Of a stretch of DNA of 64,000 nt, positions 49,360 to 63,465 are shown one piece after another. Below the pieces are notes generated by a model. The model was not told where the DNA came from. It did no database searches and was given only the letters and a program-made list of their open reading frames with translations. The stretch covers positions 25,234,001 to 25,298,000 of the forward strand of contig OZ024758.1 of the NCBI GenBank assembly GCA_964016885.1. The letters run 5' to 3'. Position numbers and translations under genes: made by a program. Positions within the stretch are counted from its first letter, which is position 1, and every line of letters begins with the position of its first letter. This DNA is from Eledone cirrhosa. Taxonomy: Eukaryota.

Positions 49360-49760
49360 AAATGTTTATAAGCTGTCTATGAAGGAGTGATGCTAGAGCT
49401 GTGAAATCTTGCATGCATTAATTTCAATTATTATTATTACTATCAAAAAAGGCGGTGGACTGGCAGTATCGGTAGAGGGTCGGACGCCATGCTTTGACGC
49501 ACAGAGTTACGGCCCTTTCCATTCTGAGTTCAAATCCCGCCGAGGTTAACTTTGCCTTTCATCCTTACGGGGGGGGGGGGTCGATAAAATAAAGTACCAG
49601 TAATACACTGGGGGTAGTTGCTGGCCCCTTGTGCCAAAAGTAGAAACAATTATTATTACTATCAATAACTGCATTGTTTCTTTCCAGGGACTATGTTGGA
49701 AAAATAAACCTTATTTGGTTATTCCATGAGAGTATCTTGGTCAGACTATGTACTTTTCAT
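49360..49760. mobile_element. Mariner-like MITE (minus) split by SINE A (49450-49652, plus); another MITE copy at 48186-48365
   Basis: MITE body on both sides; ATTATTATTACTATCAA flanks the SINE on both sides. Confidence 0.8.
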
Positions 49761-50094
49761 GCATAAGGTTCTACTTAGTTGAAATATTTTCAGGATATAT
49801 TACTGGGAAGTATACTTGTTGGTTTGTTTGTTTTTCAAATAATCTGAGAAACATGAGATATATACTAATTAAAGGAAAGTTATGATAACCCCTGATTAAA
49901 TGGTTCAAATTTTGTCTTGTATTTATTAACATATGTATTACTAATTATGAGTTAACACTACTTAGATTTTAATGTAAGTTGATGCATTAGAGGGCATGTT
50001 TTCCTATTCTGTCTCAAATCGATGCTTACAGTGTTTGATACCATATACATTACCATTTATATACGATATCTCGTGGTAGATATCATTATCCACA

Positions 50095-50913
50095 TCACTG
50101 CCACCTCCACCACCACCACCACCATTATCTCAACCAATATCACCAACATCACCACAACCATCAAACAACCATTATCACCATCTCCACACTACCACCACCA
50201 TCACCACCACCACCAAAACCATCAAAACCACCACTACCACCACCATCACCACCACTACCACCACCTTCACCACCACCAAAACCATCAAAACCACCACTAT
50301 CACCACCATCACCACCACCACCACTACTATCAAAACCACCACTACCACCACCATCGCCACCACCACCACTACCATCAAAACCACCACTACCATCACCACC
50401 GCTACTATCAAAACCACCACTACCACCACCATCACCACCACTACCACCACCTTCACCACCACCAAAACCATCAAAACCACCACTATCACCACCATCACCA
50501 CCACCACCACTACCATCAAAACCACCACTACCACCACCTTCACCACCACCACTAGCATCAAAACCACCACTACCATCACCATCGCCATCACCACCACTAC
50601 CATCAAAACCACCACTATCACCACCATCACCATCACCACCACTACTATCAAAACCACCACTACCACCACCACCACTACCATCAAAACCACCACTACCACC
50701 ACCACCATCACCATCACCACCGCTACTATCAAAACCACCATCTCCACTACCACTACCACTACCACCACCACCACCACCATCAAAACAACCACTATCCCCA
50801 TCTCCACCACCACCACCACCATCAAAACAACCTCTATCCCCATCTCCACCACCACCACCACCACCACCACCATCAAAACAACCACTATCACCATCTCCAC
50901 CAATACCACTACC
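50095..50913. repeat. (CAC)n-derived repeat with CATCAAAAC units
   Basis: Directly visible. Confidence 0.93.
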
Positions 50914-51205
50914 AAAGGCAAAGTTAACCTCGGCAGGATTTGAACTCAGATCGTAAAGGGAGGTAACTCTATGCTGGAAAGCATGTCCGACCTTCTACCG
51001 ATACTGCCAATGAATAAATAATTGTTTCTACTTTTGGCATAAGGCCAGCAATTACCCAGTGCATTACTGGTACTTTATTTTATCGACCTCCGTAAGGATG
51101 AAAGGCAAAGTTAACCTCGGCAGGATTTGAACTCAGATCGTAAAGGGAGGCAACTATGCTGGTAAGCATGTCCGACCTTCTACCGATACTGCCAATGAAT
51201 AAATA
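50913..51205 (-). mobile_element. SINE A with a tandem duplication of its 5' half
   Basis: 50913-51022 repeats at 51101-51207. Confidence 0.85.
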
Positions 51206-51557
51206 ATGAAAGAATATTACATAATTTATCTACTAAATTTTGTAGTTGTTGATTAAACATAAATATTTTTATATATAATGATTGCTTGTTTTAAGATTCA
51301 CTTCTTTTAAAATTTTCAAATGTCAACACTTCCGGTTAGCGTTTGTTATATTGTAACACTTATTACATCGCTTATATAAACATCCATGTATTTGCATCGT
51401 TATATAAGGTTTCATTACATTTCACCGTAATGCAGTTTATATATAATATAAATGTATCATGGATTACTTTACTGATTACAGAAGAGAGCATAACCCAGTC
51501 TCTCTTCAATTTCTGTGCATATTGTCAATTACGGTTTTATTTGACGTATCATATCTA

Positions 51558-51933
51558 CATCATCATCATCATCATCATCATCAACGTTTAACGTCCGTGT
51601 TCCACGCTTTCATGGGTTTGGACGGGGGTTTTCCCACTTGAGGCAAGAGTGATTGTCTCGCTCGCATAGGACTGTCTGGCGGGTTTACTACAGCTGGATG
51701 CCCTTCCTAACACCAACCACATTTACAGTGTGGGGCTGGGAGGTTTTTACCATGTTGCCTACACGGCCACATTACAGCGTGGACTGTCTGTGTATTTGCA
51801 TATAATTGCATGTGTATTTGCATATAATTGTTTCTACTTTTGGCACAAGGCCAGAAATTACCCAGTGCATTACTGGTACTTTATTTTATCGACCCCGTAA
51901 GGATAAAAGGCAAAGTTAACCTCGGCGGGATTT
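51558..51933 (-). mobile_element. SINE/RTE 3' module fragment (51558-51787) and truncated SINE A (51823-51933)
   Basis: Family matches; ATTTGCATATAAT flanks the SINE A on both sides. Confidence 0.8.
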
Positions 51934-52045
51934 GCATATAATATAAATATGCACATTACACATGCTAGCAGAAAACTGACGGAAGGGTGGTTTTTCTGCT
52001 AGTATTTATAATTAAGGTATGTATCATCATCATCATCATCACCAT

Positions 52046-52273
52046 TTAACCCTTTAGCATTCACAATACTCTATATATACTATTATATTTTCATGGTAAA
52101 GGCTTTACCTCGCATAATTATCTCACATAATATCGAATCTATGAGAATTTGAAAGTATTTATTTTGAGAACAATACCTTAACATCAGTATGAGTGACCAG
52201 TTACAGCCAGTTTCAACAGAAAGAGGTAGAGAATTCTGGCCGAATTTGGTCGGTTTGAACACTAAAGGGTTAA
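52046..52273. mobile_element. piggyBac-like MITE with a clean TTAA duplication
   Basis: TTAA-CCCTTTAG...CTAAAGGG-TTAA inserted into the TTTAAC of a retroposon tail. Confidence 0.9.
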
Positions 52274-53163
52274 CATCTATTTGTCCACATTAGCAAGAGT
52301 TAGATGGGTTGTCTCGTTGTGAGACAAGGCAAATTAGATGACCATGTCTTGCTCAGACAGAACTGTTTCTGGCTTGGTTCCTATGGCTGGATTCCCTTCC
52401 TAACACCAACCACATTTAGAGTGTGGACTGGGTGCTTTTTGTTGTGACACCTACACGACCACTTTACAGGGTGGATTGGGTGTTTTTTGTTGTGACACCT
52501 ACACAACCACTTTACAGTGTAGACTAGGCACTTTTTGTCATGATACCTACACAACCACTTTACAGTGTAGACTGAGTGCTTTTTGTTGTGACACCTACAC
52601 GACCACTTTACAGGGTGGACTGGGTGTTTTTTGTTATGACACCTACACAACCACTTTACAGGGTGGACTGGGTGTTTTTTGTTGTGACACCTACACAACC
52701 ACTTTACAGTGTAGACTAGGTGCTTTTTGTTGTGACACCTATACAACCACTTTACAGTGTAGACTAGGTGCTTTTTGTTGTGACACCTATACAACCACTT
52801 TACAATGTGGGCTGGGTGCTTTTTGTCATGACACCTACACGACCATATTTAGAGTGTGGACTGGGTTCATTTTGTTGTGACACCTACACAACCACTTTAC
52901 AGTGTGGACTGGGTTCATTTTGTTGTGACACCTACACAACCACTTTACAGTGTGGACTGGGCACTTTTTGTCATGACACCTACACAACCTCTTTACAGTG
53001 TAGACTGGGCACTTTTTGTCATGACACCTACACAACCACTTTACAGTGTGAACTGGGCACTTTTTGTCATGACACCTACACAACCACTTTACAGTGAGGA
53101 CTGGGTGCTTTTTGTTGTGACACCTACACGACCACTTTACAGTGTAGACTGGGTGCTTTTTGT
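52274..53163 (-). repeat. SINE/RTE 3' module with a 48-bp array (about 15 copies, 52415-53163)
   Basis: Same unit as 20085-21485, more diverged. Confidence 0.92.
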
Positions 53164-53164
53164 G

Positions 53165-53208
<44 letters not shown>

Positions 53209-53990
53209 CTCACTTTTCGTTGCTTCACCATTTTTGTTTGTTTACACTCGTGTTCCCTTTTATTTACGTGTCCCAACAACTATTTTTAGCCGTTGCTCGC
53301 ACCAACCGGAGGTATATGGTCTTTAAAGCGATGAAATACCAATGATGGTTGGAAGATCACTGATGAAGGACTAACTTTATTCATATATATATATATATAT
53401 ACACACACAACAGGTTTATTTACAATTTCTGTCAATGAAATTCACTCACAAGGCCTTGCTTTCCTCCAAGGCTATAGTAAAAGACACATGCCCGAGGTGC
53501 CACACAGTGAGATAGAATTGAAAACCATGTGGTTGTGAAACAAACCTCTTAATCATTCAGCCATGCCTGCACTTTATATTAAAAAACATAATTAATACAT
53601 AAATGTGTATAGGTAGGTGTCTATGGTGTGTATATATTTAGATTTAGTTGTGACATAAGAGCACAAAGTATTGAATTACAATCACATGAATCTGGACCTC
53701 TATTAATATCTGTGGATAGGGCATTTACCTTAACCATCCATACTTTGTCTACATATGGACGATATGCTCAACATCCTCCGGAAGTATATTCAACGTCTGG
53801 AATACTAACCGGGGCAAATATCTATTACATGTAACTAATGTTACATAACTCAATGTTGCATAGGTTTACGATTCAAATGAGTTTTACAGAAATGTTTATA
53901 GCTCTTATATTCATCATATGTATCATCATGTATTATGTAGATTATGTGTGAGCGTGTGCAGTGTGATGATGTTGTTATGTTATATGATAC

Positions 53991-54792
53991 AGGGTGGATT
54001 GGCAGTATCGGTAGAGGGTCAGACGCCATACTTTGAAGCATAGAGTTACGTCCCTTTATGATCTGGGTTCTAAATCTCGCCGAGGTTAACTTTGCCTTTC
54101 ATCCTTATGGGGTCGATAAAATAAAGTACCAGTAATGTACTGGGTAATTGCTGGCCTTGTGCCAAAGTTAGAAACAATTATGTTATATGATACAATTGCT
54201 GGCCTTGTGCCTAAAGTAGAAACAATTATATGATATATCCTTATGATATATAGCACATGGCTTAGTGGTTAGAGCAATGGGCTTGCAATTGAAAGGGTGT
54301 GAGTTCAATTCTCGGACCGGGTGATGTGTTGTTTCCTTGAGCAAGACACTTTATTTCACATTGCTACAGTTTACTCAGCTGTAGAAATGAGATGATAGGG
54401 ACTGGGGTCCATATCATTCCACTGCAAAGTGGTCGTGGAGGTGCCACGGAAGAAAAGCACCCAGCTCACACTGTAAAGTGGATGTGTAAGGGCCACAGCA
54501 ATAATGCACCCAGCTCACACTGTAAAGTGGATGTGTAGGGGCCACGGCAATAATGCACCCAGCGCACACTGTAAAGTGGACGTGTAGGGGCCACGGCAAT
54601 AATGCACCCAGCACACACTGTAAATGAGGTTGGTGTTAGGAAGGGCATCCAGCTGTAGAAATCAAGCCAGAATCAGTTCCCGTATGAGCAAGTCAAGGTC
54701 AGCCGACCGGACACTGCCCACAACAGGACAACCCGTCTAACCCATGCTAAGAAGAACGGACGTAAAACTGTGATGATGATGATGATGATGAT
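53991..54792 (+). mobile_element. SINE A (53991-54180) followed by SINE B (54253-54792) with the alternative RTE tail
   Basis: The SINE B tail GAGCAAG..AGGTCAGCCGACCGGACACTGCCCACAACAGG matches the 3' end of the 32210 LINE. Confidence 0.88.
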
Positions 54793-54825
54793 CCTTGACA
54801 TTATATATAAGTTAATGGTCATATA

Positions 54826-55027
54826 TACAAGGGTAAGCTAAAAAGTTCATAGGCTGACTAAGATACTCTCGTGGAATGACCAGATGTGGTTTATTTGTTA
54901 ACATAGTCTCTGGAAAGAAACAATGCAGTTATTAATAAGAAGAGTTGAAATTAATGCATGCAAGATTTCACAGCCCTAGCATCACTCCTTCATAGTAGCC
55001 CATGAACTTTTCAGCTAACACCTCTTA
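54826..55027 (+). mobile_element. Mariner-like MITE
   Basis: TA-CAAGGGTAAGCTAAAAAGTTCATAGG...CATGAACTTTTCAGCTAACACCTCT-TA. Confidence 0.85.
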
Positions 55028-55046
55028 TATAAAAATATATGTTTAT

Positions 55047-55077
<31 letters not shown>

Positions 55078-55477
55078 ACAAAGGAATTGTGGTAAGGAAC
55101 CAGATGGACCATAATGCACCAGAGTACTCAATACTTAGGGTAGTATATATATACAGTGAAAAGTAGAAGATATATGTATATATATAGCAATAAAGAACCA
55201 TACACAGTATATTGTATATATACTAAATACATATTACAGAGAAGAATATTTACTTAAGATGGAATCAAAAGTGACCCTATAGCGCTATTTCATTAACTGT
55301 AGACTGTATTTTAAAATTGCTCTATGTAATTGGTTATTGATCACACACTATCGGTTATAATTAAATCACAGTAGTCTCTGGATATATGGATCTTTCTCTA
55401 TATATATATACATATATCTTTGACTTTTGACATAATATTGCTCTAGATAATCTATCTATCTATATATAGAGTGAGAG

Positions 55478-55860
55478 ATATTGAGTAAAATGACAGGAGG
55501 CTGGACTGGTGAAATTCCTTCAAAGATTTATTATAGCAAACACTATGTACATTTCAGTGACCAAGTTCCATAAGGTCTTGATGACATAATCAAGTGTTTA
55601 TTGCATAATAGTTATATAATAAAGGAATAATGGTAAACACAATCAAAGAGGCTAAATCATCATGAACATTTTTCTCTGTTTTTTTAGCCTCTTGGATTGT
55701 GTTTACCATTATTCCTGTATTATATAACTTTTATGCAATAAACACCTGATGATGTCACCAAGACCTTACGGAACTTGGTCACTGAAATGTACATAGTATT
55801 TGCTATAATAAATCTTTGAAGGAATTTCACCAGTCCAGCCTCCTGTCATTTTATTCAATA
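55478..55860. mobile_element. Fold-back pLTR-like element, about 180-bp arms
   Basis: 55479-55657 pairs with 55682-55860. Confidence 0.88.
55738..55802 (+). ncRNA. Minimal hammerhead ribozyme
   Basis: AAACAC-CTGATGA-tGTcACCAAG...CTTGGTcACt-GAAA-TGTACA-TA-GTATTT; palindromic stem III. Confidence 0.7.
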
Positions 55861-56055
55861 ATAATTAACTCCGTTCTCGCATCACCAACAAGATTCAACA
55901 GCGAAGATGGAAGAGTTGCATAACGTTGAGTGCTTTTCCTAATATTACATCATGGTTGACAATACGGAATGACCAGGTTATTCAGTGGTGAACCACCAAA
56001 CCTAAATATATATATATATAGATAGATAGATTATCTAAGAGCAATATTATGTCAA

Positions 56056-56092
<37 letters not shown>

Positions 56093-56130
56093 TTAATCAC
56101 CATATGTATTCAATGATGAGGATAAAACAC

Positions 56131-56161
<31 letters not shown>

Positions 56162-56509
56162 TACACACACATATACACATACATGCACTTAAGGTGCCAT
56201 GCGGTAAAACTGAACCCAATTCTATTTTCATGCTAATTTGGGGATACTTTTTTTTTTTTGCACAAGAGACTGTTGCTGTCTCAGGTTCTTGTCGTTCGCC
56301 TATTTGAGATAAGCTATGATACCCAGTCAAAATAATGTTTTCTGTAGCAGGACATTATGATAAGCTATGATGTATGTATGGTCCCATAACTCGTGATAGA
56401 GTCGTAGAAGCGCCGTGTTGACATGCAGTGTTACTTGGACATTTTAAGCCTGGCAGATTCCATCTTTCTCCAGGCCTGAGTACAGCAGATTTCTTCCAGG
56501 GAGAGGAAG

Positions 56510-57027
56510 AATCGACCCCAGTACTAGACTGGTACTTTTTTTTAATCAACCTCGAAAGGATGAAAGGCAAAGTTGACCTTGGAGGGATTTGAATTCTGAG
56601 AGCAGAGAGCTGGACTGAATACCATAAAGCAATGGAGGCACATGGCTTAGTGGTTAGAGCATTGGCCTTGCAATCGAAAGGTTGTGAGTTCAATTCTCAG
56701 ACTGGGTGATGTGTTGTTTCCTTGAGCAAGGCACTTTATTTCACATTGCTCCAGTTTACTCAGCTGTAGAAATGAGATGATAGGGACTGGGGTCCATATC
56801 ATTCCACTGTAGAGTGGTCGTGGAGGTGCCACGGCAAAAAAGCACCCAGCCCACACTGTAAAGTGGACGTGTAGGCACCACGGAAAAAAAAGCACCCAGC
56901 ACTCACTGTAAATGAGGTTGGTGTTAGGAAGGGCATCCAGCTGTAGAAATCAAGCCAGAATCAGTTCCCGTCCCACCCTTGCAAGCAGGAAAAAGCGGAC
57001 GTAAAATGAAATGATGATGATGATGAT
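56510..57027. mobile_element. Old SINE A (56510-56630, minus) and SINE B (56634-57027, plus)
   Basis: Family matches. Confidence 0.88.
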
Positions 57028-57577
57028 TCTATCTTAAGCTATGATACCTGGTCAAAATAATCAGTTTCCTGTAACAGGGCGTTATGGGAAGCTATGATAC
57101 CAGTCAACATTTTCCCACCATTAATATTTAGATGTTCCCATCAAGTTCACAAATCACTTGTCACAGTTACCTGATTTCTTAATTAAAATTCATGTTAATT
57201 ATTTCCTTAATTTGCTCCATACACACACACACACACACATACTTACTTACATGCATACACACACACACATGCACACACACACATACACACACACACACAC
57301 ACGCACACACACGCACATGCACACACACACACACACATATACACACTTACACTCACGCACACATACGCACATATACACATATTCATCCCCACGCAAACAC
57401 ACACATGCATGCCTTTCATTTTAATGTAAGATGATATTCATTATCATCATCATCATCATCATCATCATAATCATCATAATCATAACCATTAAACTCAATA
57501 TTCATCACACGATACTTTTGTATTTTGTATATTTACGGACATATCGATAATCATTTATTATTTAATATATACTGGTA

Positions 57578-58140
57578 CTCGATAAAATAAAGTACCAGTA
57601 ATACACTGGGTAATTGCTGGCCTTGTGCCAAAAGTAGAAACAATTATTTAATATATACATATACACTTGTAAGTACATATCATCATCACCATTTTACGTC
57701 CATTTTTCCACGCTAGCATGGGTTAGACGGGTTGTCCTGTTGTGGGCAATGCTATGTCAGGTCAGAATGTCTTGCACATACAGAACTAATTTTGGCCTGA
57801 TTTCTACGGCTGGATGCCCTTCCTAACCCCAACCTCATTTGCCTTTCATCCTTACCGGGGGTCGATAAAATAAAGTACCAGTAATGTACTGGGTAATTGA
57901 TGGCCTTGTGCCAAAAGTAGAAACAATTATTTCTTTTGTATAAAGGGCAGTGGATTAGCAGTATCTGTAGAGGGTCAGACGCCATGCTTTGACGCATAGA
58001 GTTACGGCCCTTTCCATTCTGAGTTCAAATCTCACCGAGGTCAACTTTGCCTTTCATCCTTACGGGGGTCGATAAAATAAAGTACCAGTAATGCACTGGG
58101 GTAATTGCTGTCACCTTGTGCCAAAAGTAGAAACAATTAT
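57578..58140. mobile_element. Cluster of SINE A copies (+) and a 3' module fragment (57680-57838, minus)
   Basis: Family matches. Confidence 0.85.
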
Positions 58141-58529
58141 TTCTTTTGTATTATATTTTGTGGCTTTAAGCTGGACTAAATTTATTAAAATTAAAAATGC
58201 AGGAAAGAAACTGAGAAACTGATACAGAATGTTGCAGTCCAGCCATGAAAAATAAAGTGTTTAAACACAAAAAAACCCCCATCATTTGGATGGAGAGGGG
58301 GTATAATGTTATACTCCTCTCATCTTTATCATTTTAGTATAGCCTTAAGCTGCTGTGAATATATTAAAAATATCTAGTATTGCACTGTTGCCATAATACA
58401 TCTGTGATGAGATTTATTTTAACCACAAATACTAAAATGTTCTGGTTGAAGTGTTGTGATGGAAACATGCTGAGCAAATTCTGGTTATCATCATCATCAT
58501 CATCATTTCATTTTACGTCCGCTTTTTTC

Positions 58530-58567
<38 letters not shown>

Positions 58568-58924
58568 ATTGAATGTATATGCTTGTAGTTCAACATTTAA
58601 AACATTCAGCAACCACAGCTCTCTGTTTAAGTTTGTTGAGAAATATATTTGTTAAAAATAAATGAAAAAGGCAGGATATTTGAGACAATTACAGTGAAAA
58701 CCATTAGCTGCTTTTAATTACTTATCAGTGAGAATTTCAAACTATATATTTGAATAGAAGTCACCCCTTTGCAAGATAATATATCACTTTAGTGTAGGCT
58801 ATTGATTACATACTCAAAGAAATCCTTTTGACATAGTAAACTTTGCGTTTAGTCATAGAAGATATTTTAGAAGTAAATATGTGACAGCATTTGTTATGTA
58901 ATTTTTGATAGATCTATGAAATAT

Positions 58925-59001
58925 TATCACCTCCACCTCCGTCATCATCACCATCACTATCATCATCATTGTCATCATCACCATCACCATCATCATCATT
59001 G

Positions 59002-59048
<47 letters not shown>

Positions 59049-59166
59049 GTCATCATCGTCATCGTCATCGGACTCATCATCGTCTGCCACCATCACCACC
59101 GCCATCATCATCATCATCACCGCCACCACAACCGCCGCCACCACCACCACCACCTCCACCATCATC

Positions 59167-59197
<31 letters not shown>

Positions 59198-60258
59198 CCA
59201 CCACCACCACCACCATCACCACCACCACCACCACCACCATCACCACCACCACCACCACCACCATCACCACCACCACCACAACCGCCACCATCACCACCAC
59301 CTCCACCACCATCATCATCATTCCCATCATCACCACCGCCACCACCACCACCACCACCATCACCACCACCACCACCACCATCACCACCACCACCACCACC
59401 ATCACTACCACCACCACCACCACCATCACCACCACCACCACCACCACCACAACCGCCACCACCACCACCACCACCATCACCACCACCACCACCTCCACCA
59501 CCATCATCATTCCCATCATCACCACCACCACCACCATCACCACCACCACCACAACCGCCACCACCACCACCACCATCACCACCACCACCACCTCCACCAC
59601 CATCATCATCATCATTCCCATCATCACCACCGCCACCACCACCACCACCACCACAACCGCCACCACCACCTCCACCACCACCACCACCACCACCTCCACC
59701 ACCATCATCATCATCATTCCCATCATCACCACCGCCACCACCACCACCACCACCACAACCGCCACCACCACCTCCACCACAACCACCACCACCACCACCA
59801 CCACCACCACCACCACAACCGCCACCACCACCACCACCACCACCACCACCACCACCACAACCGCCACCACCACCTCCACCACCACCACCACCACCACCAC
59901 CACAACCGCCACCACCACCTCCACCACCATCATCATCATCATCATCATTCCCATCATCACCACCGCCACCACCACCATCACCACCACCACCACCACCACC
60001 GCCACCACCACCTCCATCACCATCATCATCATTCCCACCACCACCACCACCACCACCACCACCACCACCACCACCACAACCACCACCACCACCTCCACCA
60101 CCATCATCATCATTCCCATCACCACCACCACCACCACCACCATCATCATCATTCCCATCACCACCACCGCCACCACCACCACCACCACCATCATCATCAT
60201 TCCCATCACCACCACCACCACCACCACCATCACCACTACCACCACCACCACCACCACC
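58925..60258. repeat. (CAC/CAT)n trinucleotide array
   Basis: Directly visible; source of the poly-P/T/V ORFs. Confidence 0.97.
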
Positions 60259-60427
60259 TTATTTAGCAGTAAGCAATATTTTAACAAGTTTGGTTGATTG
60301 CCACATCCTGTCCCTTGCAAGATTACCAGGAGATCCTGGTGGCCCATTGGAATTTTTTTCCTGTTCTTTGTTCAATTATGTTTATCTAGACTTTAAGAAA
60401 TATTCTTCAATAGTCTCATAGTCTCAG

Positions 60428-60504
<77 letters not shown>

Positions 60505-60702
60505 GCTAAGTTCTATATTTCTGGAAGTCATTGTGTAAAAACCATCTGTACTGAAGCAGACGTTTGCCATAATGAAATGAATTACATTTGAGGGATTTTA
60601 ATGAAATGACCGGAAAGTTCACAATGAGAAACAAATGGAACCAAAAGTCCACACAGAAGCACAGAAGAAAATATTCAATTTCTAAATGATATACGAAAAC
60701 AA

Positions 60703-60817
60703 GGCTTGTGGCTTAGTGGTTAGAGAGTTGGATTCGCAATTGTGAGGTTGTGAGTTCAATTCCTGGACCAGGCGATGTGTTGACATTGAGCATGACACTT
60801 TATTTCATGCTGCTCCA
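60703..60817 (+). mobile_element. tRNA-head SINE fragment
   Basis: TGGCTTAGTGGTTAGAG...GAGTTCAATTCC. Confidence 0.75.
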
Positions 60818-61004
60818 AAATTAAATGTCATTTTATCAAATGGTAGAATTTGAAATTATAAAAATCTAAAGAGGAAAAATTTGATGTTATTTTGGCCAAA
60901 TTTTCTATCCATGTTCATGTCCAACCAACCTAATTGTAAATAAGAACCAAACAGGAAGACTACTGTAAAAGTAACTTGGGTTTTGTTGGCTCAGTAGAAC
61001 GTGG

Positions 61005-61270
61005 GAAGGTGCATGGTGTAGTGGTAAGAGTATTGGGCTTGCAATAAGGGGGCTGTGAGTTCAATTCATGGACCGGGTGATGCATTTTTTTTTTTTTTTT
61101 TAGCAAGACACTTTATTTCATGTTGCTCCAGTTTACTAATATGTAGCATGGAACAGGGAGACTGGTATGGATGGGCAACTACTGGTCTTCCACAAAAACT
61201 CCTTGCCAGGGCTTCAGAGGGGAACTTTCTAAGTGCAAAATCTATGGTTATTCATGACCAAAATGGATCT
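61005..61270 (+). mobile_element. tRNA-head SINE with a different 3' body
   Basis: TGGTGTAGTGG...GAGTTCAATTC...GCAAGACACTTTATTTCA then a body unlike family B. Confidence 0.65.
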
Positions 61271-62002
61271 AATTATTTTTTTTATATAAAAACAAACTCC
61301 AGACATAAAAGTACTCTTCACCAGAACATGACTGTAGTGGATTATTTACAGAATATTGACATAATTAATAGTAGCAAGAATATTTCTTAATCCTCTTGGC
61401 GCTGTGGGTGACTGAATGCACCGATAGAATGATCTCCCTTTAATACATAATATAGTATTAAGGGAAGTAATTCATAAAATAAATCAGCCTCTAGAAGGTT
61501 AAATAAAATAAACAAAATAAATATTGAAAGTTGAAGAAATAGGTAAGAGAAAGCCTGAAACTTCAAAACTAATAAATTTCATTCATAGAAGAGAAAATAT
61601 ATAAATTAAAATAATGCTGCATTTTAAATTATGTGTGGTTCAAAGAGTCTATTTTATGACCTTACCTAAAATATTTTTTTAGCAATATCAAGTCACCATA
61701 GCTACCAATATTTCAATTATATCAAACCTGAGGGAGAAGAATGTTTTCATGAGATCACATTTAATGGGAATTTTTTTAATATAATGTGAATATTGCAATC
61801 ATTATCATCATCATCATCATCATCATAATAGTCATCATTCTCATTATCATTATCACTATCATCATCAACATCACCACCACCATCACCATCATCATGACCC
61901 ATCATCACCATCATCACCATCATCACCATCATCATAATAGTAATTCTTAGGGGATCTCAGCTATGTCATAATAGAAATTCTTTGGGACTCTCTTATATAT
62001 AT

Positions 62003-62392
62003 CATCATCATCATCATCATCATTTTACGTCTGCTTTTCCCTGCTTGCAAGGGTGGGACGGGTCTTATTCAGCACAGCATCTCTCCACTCGTCACGGTCC
62101 CTCGTCATCTCCACCGTGAGCTTCAATGATCTGAGGTCTGTTCTCATCACCTCCGCCCATGTTTTTCGTGGTCTACCTCTACCACGTCTTCCTTCAACTG
62201 GCATTTCCTGGCACTTCTTCACCCATCGGTCATCCTCCATGCGCATCACATGTCCATACCACTTCAGTCTCCTCTCCCGTACACTACATTCTATCCCTCT
62301 CAGACACAGTTTCTCTCTCAACACATTTATGCTGGGTTGTTCACGCACATTTACACTGCACATCCAACGGAGCATGCTTGCCTCATTTCTCT

Positions 62393-62396
<4 letters not shown>
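62003..62396 (-). mobile_element. RTE LINE 3' end (third subfamily)
   Basis: ERNEASMLRWMC...RRLKWYGHVMRM...GRGRPRKTW; (GAT)n tail directly after the stop. Confidence 0.93.
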
Positions 62397-62437
<41 letters not shown>

Positions 62438-62947
62438 CAAGTGGAGGCTTAGTAAAATCGAAGCTTTGACTGTGGCCAAGCTAACGACCTAAAATTAGGA
62501 ATGAGTAGCAAAACACTCAATAAAGTCAGGCCTTAGAGTAATAACATACGTTTAGACAGCTTAACAAATTGAAAATTGCGGCAGGCAGAGCTAGCCACAC
62601 AATACCAAAACCAACGAAGAAACTAATCAGGTTAAACAACTGACCTGGACATATTGAACGATATTTTGCAATACGTTCGATAGGTTTCTATGAATCCGAA
62701 ATGATCCATCCTGCTTACGTAATATGTAAGCCTGTGGTATTCCACACAGGATTCATGTCTTCAACAGGAAATTTTGTTCTATGCCTCAAGCCGGTGTGAA
62801 CTGGAACACTGAACTGCTATCGTTTGTAGCTCCCAGTGTTTCACTGTCATGTGTTATTTCCAACAAGGGAAGTAACCCCCGCTTTTTGGCGGGTAAATTC
62901 AAAGTGTGAACATATATATATATATAAACATATATATATATATATAT

Positions 62948-63292
62948 GGAGGCACATGGCTTAGTGGTTAGAGCATTGGCCTTGCAATCGAAAGGTTGTG
63001 TGTTCAATTCTCAGACCGGGTGATGTGTTGTTTCCTTGAGCAAGACACTTTATTTCACATTGCTCCAGTTTACTCAACTGTAGAAATGAGATGATAGGGA
63101 CTGGGGTCCCTATCATTCCACTGCAAAGTGGTCGTGGAGGTGCCACGGCAAAAAAGCACTCAGCACTTACTGTAAATGAGGTTGGTATTAGGAAGGGCAT
63201 CCAGCTGTAGAAATCAAGCCAGAATCAGTTCCCGTCCCACCCTTGCAAGCAAGGAAAAAGCGGACGTAAAATGAAATGATGATGAAATGATG
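62948..63292 (+). mobile_element. SINE family B
   Basis: Family match. Confidence 0.92.
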
Positions 63293-63465
63293 ATATATAT
63301 ATGTGTTTTTAATTTGTTTTGTGAGATTTCTTATCTGAAAACGTGTGTTGAAACAGATATTGTTATACTTTGGCCGGGTCATGAGTGTGTTTTTATTGGC
63401 AGCGTGACCCTCCCAAAGTATAACAATATATATATATAGAAATGTATATATATATATATATATAT

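Noticed and set aside
47143-60421. Mucin-like, extensin-like or His-rich ORFs at 47.2, 50.1 and 58.9-60.4 kb
   Set aside because: Trinucleotide repeats open in several frames on both strands, with no non-repetitive coding flanks
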